Shown here in pieces: positions 46,721-54,081 of a stretch of 64,000 bases of DNA. The notes beneath the pieces were generated by a model. That model was not told the DNA's origin and did not search any database. It saw nothing but the letters and a program-made list of their open reading frames with translations. The number at the start of each line of letters is the position of its first letter. Position 1 is the stretch's first letter. Origin of the DNA: a virus; the IMG/VR virus record IMGVR_UViG_3300045988_127492, positions 32,001-96,000 of that record, one strand, 5' to 3'. A program made the position numbers and the translations under genes.

Positions 46721-46861
46721 ATGGCAGCAGATATTATAACTATTCTTACTTGCTTTGGCCCTACATTACAATTTATAGCTATTAACGTTATCCTTGCCTT
46801 ACGCACCCACCTACTTCATTTACTGACGCAAAATACCTACACTACCGTCAATATGGTATAG
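46721..46861 (+). CDS. 46-aa hydrophobic peptide, candidate type I toxin (holin-like-toxin type)
   Basis: GAAGGAGGTG RBS 7 nt before the ATG. Sequence MAADIITILTCFGPTLQFIAINVILALRTHLLHLLTQNTYTTVNMV. It runs opposite to all flanking genes, and its roughly 90-nt leader can form the ACCGGUCCCA/UGGGACCGUU stem. Confidence 0.4.
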   Translation: MAADIITILTCFGPTLQFIAINVILALRTHLLHLLTQNTYTTVNMV

Positions 46862-46896
46862 ATCCACTGTTCTGTTACTATACGTTACCCTCATTC

Positions 46897-47862
46897 TTAT
46901 TTATTCTCAACAGTTGCTACATCATCAGATGTCAAATCACCTGCATCAATGATAGTCGCGGCATTTCCACCCTGTACTTTTGGCACACTACCATTCCACT
47001 TATCAATTTTCTGTTTTTCAATAAGTTCTGGAGTAAGTGATTCTGCAATCTTTTTATTTGCTTCCGCTTCGGCAGCGGCTTTAATACGTGTTGCTTCAGC
47101 TTTACCTTCGGCAGTGATCTTAGTCTGTTCTGCTTCAATAGCAGCTTTCTCTTTATCTTGCTCTGCCGCAATAAGAGCTACTTCTTTATCCTTATCAGCC
47201 TGTACTTTTGCAGTTTTTGCTTCAATGTTTGCAAGTTCCAATTCCTGCTGTGCATTTACTTTCTTCTGAATTGCTGCTTGAGTTTCATCATCAGTAGAAA
47301 TTGAAGTAAAGTTTACAGTGTCAATAATAATTCCGTATGGCTCAAACTTCTGTTTCAGGTATACATCGAGCGCCTCATTCAGTTCCTGTCTTTTATCTCC
47401 AAATACATCTGTAACTGGATATTTCGCTGTTACTTCCTGTGTCCAAGCTTTCATTTTAGGTTTAATAAAAGTATTCTTAACTGATTCTCCGGACTGGCCT
47501 TTAAACTGAGTAAATACATCAGTTACACGATCCTGATCAAACTTGTAAGAAAACTCTAAGTTCACAAGTAAAGATTTACCATCAGCTGTGGGGGTTTTAA
47601 AACTCTCATCTTTTGGGGAATCACCTTTATCTTCCGATGTCAGATAAGACTGTTCAATACCAATTGAATACAAAGAAGTACTAATTGTTGGTGAGATTAC
47701 ATGCCAACCTTGACTAAGAGTATCTCCACTGATACCACCATTTAAGTGATATTCAACTGCCACATAACCTGCCGGAACTCTCACACTACATTTTGCTACA
47801 CAAATCAATCCAGCTACAATTGCCACTGCTAATCCTACGCCGCCTAATAATCCTCTTTTCAT
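46897..47862 (-). CDS. SPFH/band-7 (prohibitin-like) membrane protein
   Basis: N-terminal TM helix, a band-7 core (VRVPAGYVAV...IIIDTVNFTSI) and a C-terminal Ala/Glu/Lys coiled coil. Confidence 0.8.
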   Translation of the reverse strand: MKRGLLGGVGLAVAIVAGLICVAKCSVRVPAGYVAVEYHLNGGISGDTLSQGWHVISPTISTSLYSIGIEQSYLTSEDKGDSPKDESFKTPTADGKSLLVNLEFSYKFDQDRVTDVFTQFKGQSGESVKNTFIKPKMKAWTQEVTAKYPVTDVFGDKRQELNEALDVYLKQKFEPYGIIIDTVNFTSISTDDETQAAIQKKVNAQQELELANIEAKTAKVQADKDKEVALIAAEQDKEKAAIEAEQTKITAEGKAEATRIKAAAEAEANKKIAESLTPELIEKQKIDKWNGSVPKVQGGNAATIIDAGDLTSDDVATVENK

Positions 47863-48020
47863 TAATCTTCTTTCTCCTTTTTATCATCTCTTGTAATTTC
47901 GTCATAAGCATCATCCCAAAGCTTTTTTAAAATTCTACCAAGAGGATAGAACACCCCAGCTAAAAGGAACCATAATGCAATAGCTGCTAATATTACTAAA
48001 AATATAAATACCGGATTCAT
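47862..48020 (-). CDS. Small membrane protein (52 aa)
   Basis: AAGGAGAG RBS. Sequence MNPVFIFLVILAAIALWFLLAGVFYPLG.... Its stop overlaps the SPFH start. Confidence 0.45.
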   Translation of the reverse strand: MNPVFIFLVILAAIALWFLLAGVFYPLGRILKKLWDDAYDEITRDDKKEKED

Positions 48021-48030
48021 ATTCTCTCCT

Positions 48031-48282
48031 TTATAATTCGATGCCTTCCATAACAGCTCTAGCTTCTAAGATAGCTAAATAATTTGCCATAGCATCAATC
48101 TGAATGTTATATGTACTCCTTGGGCATATCGGCTCAAAGTTAAGAGTTCCATTGTCCCATCTGAAGAGTATAGACTGTAGGCTTCTGAATCTAATCATTA
48201 ACTGATAATACTCAGCTTTGAATCTCTCTTTATAATCTGGGCTAACCATCATTTCTGTTGTTTCTTTTAATGTTTTTACCAT
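48031..48282 (-). CDS. Hypothetical protein
   Basis: The ATG at 48282 follows AAGGAGATAAATAGC. Confidence 0.45.
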   Translation of the reverse strand: MVKTLKETTEMMVSPDYKERFKAEYYQLMIRFRSLQSILFRWDNGTLNFEPICPRSTYNIQIDAMANYLAILEARAVMEGIEL

Positions 48283-48283
48283 G

Positions 48284-48442
48284 CTATTTATCTCCTTTAT
48301 GTTCTTTAATATCATTTACGAGTGTCCAAGTGAAAAAGATTACCAACATGAAACAAAGTAAATTTTTATAAGTAATAAGATCTACTAATGATATTGCTAT
48401 AAAAATAGCATCAAGGATGATAAAAAATTTGTCAAACTTCAT
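48284..48442 (-). CDS. Small membrane protein (52 aa)
   Basis: MKFDKFFIILDAIFIAISLVDLITYKNLLCFMLVIFFTWTLV... Confidence 0.4.
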   Translation of the reverse strand: MKFDKFFIILDAIFIAISLVDLITYKNLLCFMLVIFFTWTLVNDIKEHKGDK

Positions 48443-48857
48443 TTAATTCATCCCTTACTCTCATAAGTATCTTCCCAAGCCTATTTTCTCCAACTCCATC
48501 TACGGTTCCCCAAATGGCATCTCCCCAAGTATTACCCTCTTCCAGGTGCTCGTCACCTGTGGCAAGTAATTTTTCCTTAAGGTCTGGATTCTGAGTAAAT
48601 TTAGCCAGTACGATTTCATACATTACTTTATCTTTTACTTCTTCCCAATCTGATCTCAAATCAATCTTTCTACCTACTGCCTTTGCCTCTGATGGACTAG
48701 CTTGAGAAAATAACTGGAATTTTAGTCTACGATTTTTTGTTTTCTGTGCTTGAAAAGCTGCTTCATTATTTGTATAGTCCCATCCGTTATAACTTACCGG
48801 TGCCATATAAAAGTTACTTAAAAAGTAATAATCTCCAGTAAAACTATTAATCATTCT
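48432..48857 (-). CDS. NADAR (YbiA/DUF1768) family protein
   Basis: The ATG at 48857 follows GGAAGGAG. Motifs FLSNFY...NNEAAFQAQK...GDAIWG. Confidence 0.7.
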   Translation of the reverse strand, partial: RMINSFTGDYYFLSNFYMAPVSYNGWDYTNNEAAFQAQKTKNRRLKFQLFSQASPSEAKAVGRKIDLRSDWEEVKDKVMYEIVLAKFTQNPDLKEKLLATGDEHLEEGNTWGDAIWGTVDGVGENRLGKILMRVRDELNEV

Positions 48858-48867
48858 TTCTCCTTCC

Positions 48868-49050
48868 CTAATAATCACTACAAGTTACTGTTAAACTTAC
48901 GAATCCATCATCTTGTTCAAAAGATGCCATAAGCTCATCTTTTACCAATTCTTCTACTATGTCTCTATCAGTTATTTTTACTCCAATCAATTCAGGATCA
49001 GTCAAGTTGTATTCAGCTTCTACAGTGATCACTCTTTTTGTTGGTATCAA
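48868..49050 (-). CDS. Hypothetical protein (start uncertain)
   Basis: The frame stays open for about 40 codons upstream of the TTG start and contains no ATG. Confidence 0.3.
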   Translation of the reverse strand: MIPTKRVITVEAEYNLTDPELIGVKITDRDIVEELVKDELMASFEQDDGFVSLTVTCSDY

Positions 49051-49198
49051 AATTTCTTTCTCACATGCATCATCAATTGGTTTATTTAATATTCTTTTTC
49101 CTCTTTGCGTAATACCACCTCCATATTTTATTTCATTGTTTAACCTCCTTAAGTGTAGGTGAGGAATTGAACCTCACCTTAACCTTTTGTTACTACAC

Positions 49199-49282
49199 TT
49201 ATTTTCTTTTCCCTACAAAGAACCCAACTAAAAAACAGGTTAATAAGCATACCGCAAACACGCCTATATTCAACACTATCAT
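49199..49282 (-). CDS. 27-aa hydrophobic peptide
   Basis: MIVLNIGVFAVCLLTCFLVGFFVGKRK, starting 1 nt after the PspA-like stop. Confidence 0.3.
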   Translation of the reverse strand: MIVLNIGVFAVCLLTCFLVGFFVGKRK

Positions 49283-49283
49283 T

Positions 49284-50033
49284 TTATTTGCCTTTCTTTG
49301 CCTTTAATTCCTGCAACTTTTTATCAATTTCATCATCTTTCATTTTCTTATCCAGACGCTGTTTCTGTACAATAGTAGAACTTTCATAGACGATCCTAGC
49401 TCCATCAGCAGCTTCTTTCTGCTTTTTAACTCCGTCACGTATTTTCTCTAACATCTTTTCTTCTTCACTGGAACATACTCCTGGCGTTACATTAAAAGCT
49501 TTTGATGCCTGAGCAGTCTCCAAAGTTAAAACAGCACTTTCTTTTTCTGCTTTTAAATCATTAAGTTGCTGCTGTAATACTTCTACTTTTTCTTTCTGTA
49601 CATCAGCATTTTCTTTCCATTCTTTTAATGTACTCTTAATAAAATCAATCTTATCATTCAGCTCCTGTTGTTCTTTTAAGTAGACTTTTGCCGCTTCGTC
49701 ATCTCCTCGATCCACACAAACATTTACATTTACATCTGCTTTCATGGCATCTTTCTTCAAATGGAACAAATCATCTTCATAATTAGAAATCTTACCAAGC
49801 ATCTGCTGATATCTTACATTTTCCTGCTGAAGTTCATCTTCTTTTTTCTCAATAGCGGCATTATAATATGCTTTAGCTCCTTCAGGTGTAGACGCATCTT
49901 TCTGAATCGCTTCGTTTGCCGTGCCAGATGCTCTTATCCTTACTCTTTTTCCAATTTTACTATTAAAAAAGAAACAAAGTCCTACGAGTACTAAAATAAC
50001 AATTATAATAATTGCTCCAGCTGTAATATTCAT
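49284..50033 (-). CDS. PspA/IM30-like coiled-coil protein with an N-terminal TM anchor
   Basis: N-terminal TM helix. ANEAIQKDASTPEGAKAYYNAAIEKKEDEL... and ...RGDDEAAKVYLKEQQE parallel conserved PspA helices (by eye). Confidence 0.45.
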   Translation of the reverse strand: MNITAGAIIIIVILVLVGLCFFFNSKIGKRVRIRASGTANEAIQKDASTPEGAKAYYNAAIEKKEDELQQENVRYQQMLGKISNYEDDLFHLKKDAMKADVNVNVCVDRGDDEAAKVYLKEQQELNDKIDFIKSTLKEWKENADVQKEKVEVLQQQLNDLKAEKESAVLTLETAQASKAFNVTPGVCSSEEEKMLEKIRDGVKKQKEAADGARIVYESSTIVQKQRLDKKMKDDEIDKKLQELKAKKGK

Positions 50034-50671
50034 TAGTCTCTCCCCTCATCAATATCAAGCCCAAAGTTTTTAAACAGTTCTGTCATACCTCCCACATAAC
50101 CGGAACCTAATGCCTGGAATTTGAATCCATCTCCGTAACGGTATAATTTACCCATTTCTACTGCATTCAATTTTTCAAAGTTTTCATTCTCAGACAGATC
50201 ATATTCATACTTATCACCATCTGGATTGTCGTAATCACAAATTGTCATAACTGCATTGGAGACCATTCCAAAATTCTGCATACGCTGTAAGGCCCTAAAA
50301 ATTGTTAAGCAGATAGTAAATTCTGTTTTATCTTTCGGGAAAGTATCGGCATGCACAATGAAATATTCGTCATAATGCTTTCCATTGAAAATCATTCCCT
50401 GAGAATCGTCACCAGTTTTATTGTCTCCTGAATAATCTACCCAGGGATATGCAGAGCCATCTTCATAGGTTTTATAGTTTACTAAATCTTCTGGGTATAC
50501 TACTTTGCGACTTGAATCTGTTAAAAATCCATTGATATCAAAGTCAATGTCTGCTTCACCAGCATAACGGTTCTGATCCCAATTGACTCCAATAAAGAAA
50601 TTCTTAATGCCTGTGCCATCTTCTTTTACCATACTAATTTTCTGATTTTTGCTCATGTTGATTACTGCCAT
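50033..50671 (-). CDS. terD: TerD-family (Ca2+-binding stress) protein
   Basis: FIGVNWD...DIDFDINGFL...YSGDNKTGDD...EMGKLYRYGDGFKFQALG is the TerD domain pattern. Confidence 0.7.
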   Translation of the reverse strand: MAVINMSKNQKISMVKEDGTGIKNFFIGVNWDQNRYAGEADIDFDINGFLTDSSRKVVYPEDLVNYKTYEDGSAYPWVDYSGDNKTGDDSQGMIFNGKHYDEYFIVHADTFPKDKTEFTICLTIFRALQRMQNFGMVSNAVMTICDYDNPDGDKYEYDLSENENFEKLNAVEMGKLYRYGDGFKFQALGSGYVGGMTELFKNFGLDIDEGRD

Positions 50672-50688
50672 ATTTCTTTATCTCCTTT

Positions 50689-51456
50689 TTATTTATTATT
50701 CAGCCAGTCTTTATACTGACGAAGAATCTCTGTATATAACTGTTCATCAGACATTTTATTCATGTCTTTTACTGCTGTAAAACCGGTGTTGTCATGTTTT
50801 CTACCTTTCATATTGTCAAGGGATTTTAAATAACCAAAATCTTCATCTCCAATTCCTATGAACTGCACGAAGATGTTGTACTCTGAAAGCTCTTTAATAA
50901 CTGCATTGGTGGCAAAAGTATCACTGTTTTCACCATCTGTAATAAAGATGATAAATGCTGGAATCTCACTTGGCTCAATATCTTTATAATATGTAACCAT
51001 TTCTTTCAATACAGGAGCATAATTAGTACCACCCATATACATATGAGCTTTTTTCATAACATTTTTAACATAACTACTATAATTATCAGCGTTAGCAGCT
51101 TTTAAGCGCTCTGCTCCATTTGAGAACAGCCAACTCTCAAGTTCTCCATTATCGTCAAATCTTAGAGCAATAGGCAACAAACGAGAAATGGTTTCCTGTA
51201 CAGATCCATTATCATACAGCCAATCCATACTTCCTGAATAATCCATTGCAAGAGCTACTCTAGCCGTATGTTTTGTCATATCAATCTTGCTTCCCTTAGA
51301 CATATCAATAAGTACTTTGCCAAGATTTTCATTGTGCTTAGACATATCAATTGTCTGTAACTTTTCTTCATATACAGGTTGCGGAGTTACAGCAGAAGAT
51401 AACTCTACTGCTGCTTTCTCATCTTTTTTTCCGAATAGTTTTCCCAAAAATCCCAT
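50689..51456 (-). CDS. vWA-domain protein (TerF-C / TerY-like)
   Basis: MIDAS-type site ALAMDYSGSM. LLPIALRFDDNGELESWLF and IIFITDGENSD motifs. Confidence 0.7.
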   Translation of the reverse strand: MGFLGKLFGKKDEKAAVELSSAVTPQPVYEEKLQTIDMSKHNENLGKVLIDMSKGSKIDMTKHTARVALAMDYSGSMDWLYDNGSVQETISRLLPIALRFDDNGELESWLFSNGAERLKAANADNYSSYVKNVMKKAHMYMGGTNYAPVLKEMVTYYKDIEPSEIPAFIIFITDGENSDTFATNAVIKELSEYNIFVQFIGIGDEDFGYLKSLDNMKGRKHDNTGFTAVKDMNKMSDEQLYTEILRQYKDWLNNK

Positions 51457-51457
51457 T

Positions 51458-54079
51458 TTAGTTACTTCCTTTCTTACAAATTGCTTTTCTAGTCCAATCT
51501 ACAGGCACAACCATAAATGCTGTCACTAAGACTACAATCCACTGTTTAGCATCCATTGGAGTTGTCTGTACTAGATTTCCTACAAAGTTACACAAAACTA
51601 CAGTCATTGCAAAAATACCCAATGCGATATATACAAATAATTTGTTATTTTTAATTCCTTTGAAAAGATTCATACTATCTGTTCTAATAGTGAATCCATT
51701 AAATACTGCCATTAAACACAATAAAGCGAATCTCGCTGTCATAGCCGAAAGTTTTGTTGCAAACATATTTCCAACTGGACCAAATGTAATTACACCAAAT
51801 AAAGCAATAAATACAATTGAACTTAATGCAATTCTTCCTTTCGCTCCACGGATAAATAATCCGGATCCTTTCATGATAGGCTCTTCATTCATATATTCCT
51901 CTTTTGGCGGTTCCCCACCAAAGCTTAATGAGTTAAGTGAATCCATGATGATATTTACAATAAGAATCTGAACTGCTGCTAAGAGAGCTGATCCGCCAGA
52001 AATAATTGGAAATACCATACTTAAGATCAACAATGAAATATTGATAGGTAACTGGAATTCAAGGAACATCATAATGTTATGCATAAATGTTCTACCAAGT
52101 TCGACTGCCTTTACCACACTTGCAAAATTATTGTCTGTCAAAACAATATCTGCTGCTTCTTTTGCTACATCAGATCCGTCTTGCATTCCAAAGCCTACAT
52201 CTGCTTTCTTTAGTGCAGGAGCATCGTTCACACCGTCACCTGTCATTGCTACAGACATTCCAATTTCTTGTGCTAATGTTACAAGGCGAAGCTTCGTATT
52301 CGGTGAGCATCTGGAAATTACTCTTAACTGTGGAATAATCTCTTTTACCTTTTCATCTGACATTGCCTCAAACTCATCATTGGTAACTGCTAAGTCTCCA
52401 GGCTTATAAATTCCAGCTTCCATAGCAACAGCCTTAGCAGTCTCCATGCAATCGCCAGTAATTTCAATTACCTGAATTCCAGCTTTATGAGCAATTTTTA
52501 CTGCTTCTGGAACTTCATTCCTAACCGGGTCAACAACTCCAATGACTCCAAGGAGATTCATTTCATCGGGGAGACCATCATCAGTTTTATCTGAGATAGT
52601 CAATGCAATACATCTCATTGCCTTCTCTGTTAATCCTTTAATATGGCTCTTTAAAGCTTTTCTTTTTTCTTCTGTCAGCTCAGTTACAATGCCATCATTA
52701 TCAAGATAAAATTTACACTTCTCAATTAATTTCTCTGGTGCGCCTTTATAAACAGTAAAATCATTTGCTCCATTATTTAAAGTAACTGCAGAGAATTTAT
52801 TTTCACTACTAAATGGAACACGTTTCTTCATGATAGCTTTATTCTGTATTTTTTGTGCATCTTCAGGAGAAAGCATATCAAGTACTGCTCGATCAATTGA
52901 ATTACCACCAGTGATATTTCCGTTAGAATCGAACACTGCACTATTATTCATGCAGATATTTAAATCAATTAGCTCGTTGAGCGGACTTTCCTTATTAAAA
53001 ATATCCTGACAGTTACCGTTAATCATAACTGTAGAAGTCATTTCACCTGTTGTGAGAGTTCCTGTCTTATCTGTGCAAATTAAATTAACATATGCTAATT
53101 CAGGAATTTTACCAGTATTCTTTGCAAGAATATTGAATTTTTCCATTGTTGATACATTTTGTTTAGTGACAAGTTTTACAATGAGTGGTAAGCCTTCTGG
53201 TACAGCAGCAACAATAATTGTCAATGCATTTGAGACATTCTGTGCTACTTTCTGAATACTTTCAAGAATACTTCCTGAGAAATACTGATTTAAGCTTCCA
53301 GCATTTAAGATACCTGTAATTGTCATAATTACAAATGCTAATGCTGCCGCAATTGTTCCCCATTTTGAAATAAAATCACACAAATGATCCAGAGCAATAT
53401 CAAGAGCTGTCTTAGGTGGTTCTAAAGTCTGCATTTTGACAAGAGTATCACCATTAACTGTATTAACACCAACATCTGTAACAATCATTTTTCCTTCACC
53501 AGACATAATAACTGTTCCTGCAAAGAGAGAACACTGGTCCGTATATGCAGTAGTTGATGTTGTTTTAACATGCTTATAATCAATACTAGGAATCTTTCTA
53601 CATTCTTTTGTTTCTCCATTGATAGCGGCATTATTAACAGAAATTTCCCCTTCAACAATAAAACCATCTGCAAAAATCTCTTGTCCAGTTCTCAATAGAA
53701 CTAAATCACCTACTACCAGATCATCTTTATTAATTGTCTGTATGCTTCCGTCTCGGACAACATCACAATATCTAACTGCCGTTTTTGCTCTTAGTTCTGC
53801 TGCAGATTTCTGTACACCTAGACCTGTCTTAATAGCAATTCCAGTAACAATAGCCAAAACCACTATAATCATCACAGGCTCAGAAAGAGACATTACTCCC
53901 ATAGCTCCTAAAACTAACTGGAATAAAGCAATTATTATTAGAATCATAGTAATTGGTTCAGTTAATGCTTCCTTAGCAAAATGATACCATTTTTTCAATT
54001 CAGACTCCGGAAGCTTATTACTTCCATATGTAGCCCTGCTAACCTCTACTTCGTTACTTTTTAATCCATTAAATTTCAT
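51458..54079 (-). CDS. P-type ATPase, Ca2+-transporting (P2-type)
   Basis: ICTDKTGTLT phosphorylation motif, TGDGVNDAPALKKADVG, PEGLP, and about 10 TM helices. The ATG at 54079 follows AGGAGA. Confidence 0.9.
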   Translation of the reverse strand: MKFNGLKSNEVEVSRATYGSNKLPESELKKWYHFAKEALTEPITMILIIIALFQLVLGAMGVMSLSEPVMIIVVLAIVTGIAIKTGLGVQKSAAELRAKTAVRYCDVVRDGSIQTINKDDLVVGDLVLLRTGQEIFADGFIVEGEISVNNAAINGETKECRKIPSIDYKHVKTTSTTAYTDQCSLFAGTVIMSGEGKMIVTDVGVNTVNGDTLVKMQTLEPPKTALDIALDHLCDFISKWGTIAAALAFVIMTITGILNAGSLNQYFSGSILESIQKVAQNVSNALTIIVAAVPEGLPLIVKLVTKQNVSTMEKFNILAKNTGKIPELAYVNLICTDKTGTLTTGEMTSTVMINGNCQDIFNKESPLNELIDLNICMNNSAVFDSNGNITGGNSIDRAVLDMLSPEDAQKIQNKAIMKKRVPFSSENKFSAVTLNNGANDFTVYKGAPEKLIEKCKFYLDNDGIVTELTEEKRKALKSHIKGLTEKAMRCIALTISDKTDDGLPDEMNLLGVIGVVDPVRNEVPEAVKIAHKAGIQVIEITGDCMETAKAVAMEAGIYKPGDLAVTNDEFEAMSDEKVKEIIPQLRVISRCSPNTKLRLVTLAQEIGMSVAMTGDGVNDAPALKKADVGFGMQDGSDVAKEAADIVLTDNNFASVVKAVELGRTFMHNIMMFLEFQLPINISLLILSMVFPIISGGSALLAAVQILIVNIIMDSLNSLSFGGEPPKEEYMNEEPIMKGSGLFIRGAKGRIALSSIVFIALFGVITFGPVGNMFATKLSAMTARFALLCLMAVFNGFTIRTDSMNLFKGIKNNKLFVYIALGIFAMTVVLCNFVGNLVQTTPMDAKQWIVVLVTAFMVVPVDWTRKAICKKGSN

Positions 54080-54081
54080 TT

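Noticed and set aside
46640-46800. Resemblance on the minus strand to c-di-GMP-I or cobalamin riboswitch fragments (AAGGCAAGG ... GGGCCAAAGC; GAAUCC...GGGACC).
   Set aside because: The matches are short and out of register with the consensus helices as I recall them. This cannot be confirmed without a covariance-model scan, so it is kept only as the alternative hypothesis in the finding for this region.
46606-46806. 66-aa minus-strand ORF (MRKARITLIAINCNVGPKQ...) listed in the track.
   Set aside because: It has no RBS and an odd composition. It lies wholly inside the structured, GC-richer non-coding island and is antisense to the much better supported plus-strand mini-gene. Treated as a chance ORF.
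49095-49145. Strong orphan RBS (AAGGAGG) followed by a 2-codon ORF (ATG AAA TAA), then a 12-codon ORF, just upstream of the start-less frame of 48868..49050. This could indicate a second frameshifted gene at the GGAAAAAG tract.
   Set aside because: There is no paralogue or motif to support joining the frames, unlike the case at 56299-56304. I cannot distinguish this from a TTG-initiated gene with a leader mini-ORF. It is flagged only in the feature note.
49141-49200. tRNA-like element on the minus strand: a T-arm look-alike GGTGAGG-TTCAATT-CCTCACC stacked on an 8-bp AAGTGTAG/CTACACTT stem.
   Set aside because: Only about 15 nt separate the two stems, so there is no room for D or anticodon arms. 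The best alternative 5' acceptor strand gives a 66-nt molecule without D-arm features, and there is no CCA. It is more likely a stabilising or terminator-like hairpin after the 27-aa ORF. tRNAscan-SE or ARAGORN would settle it.
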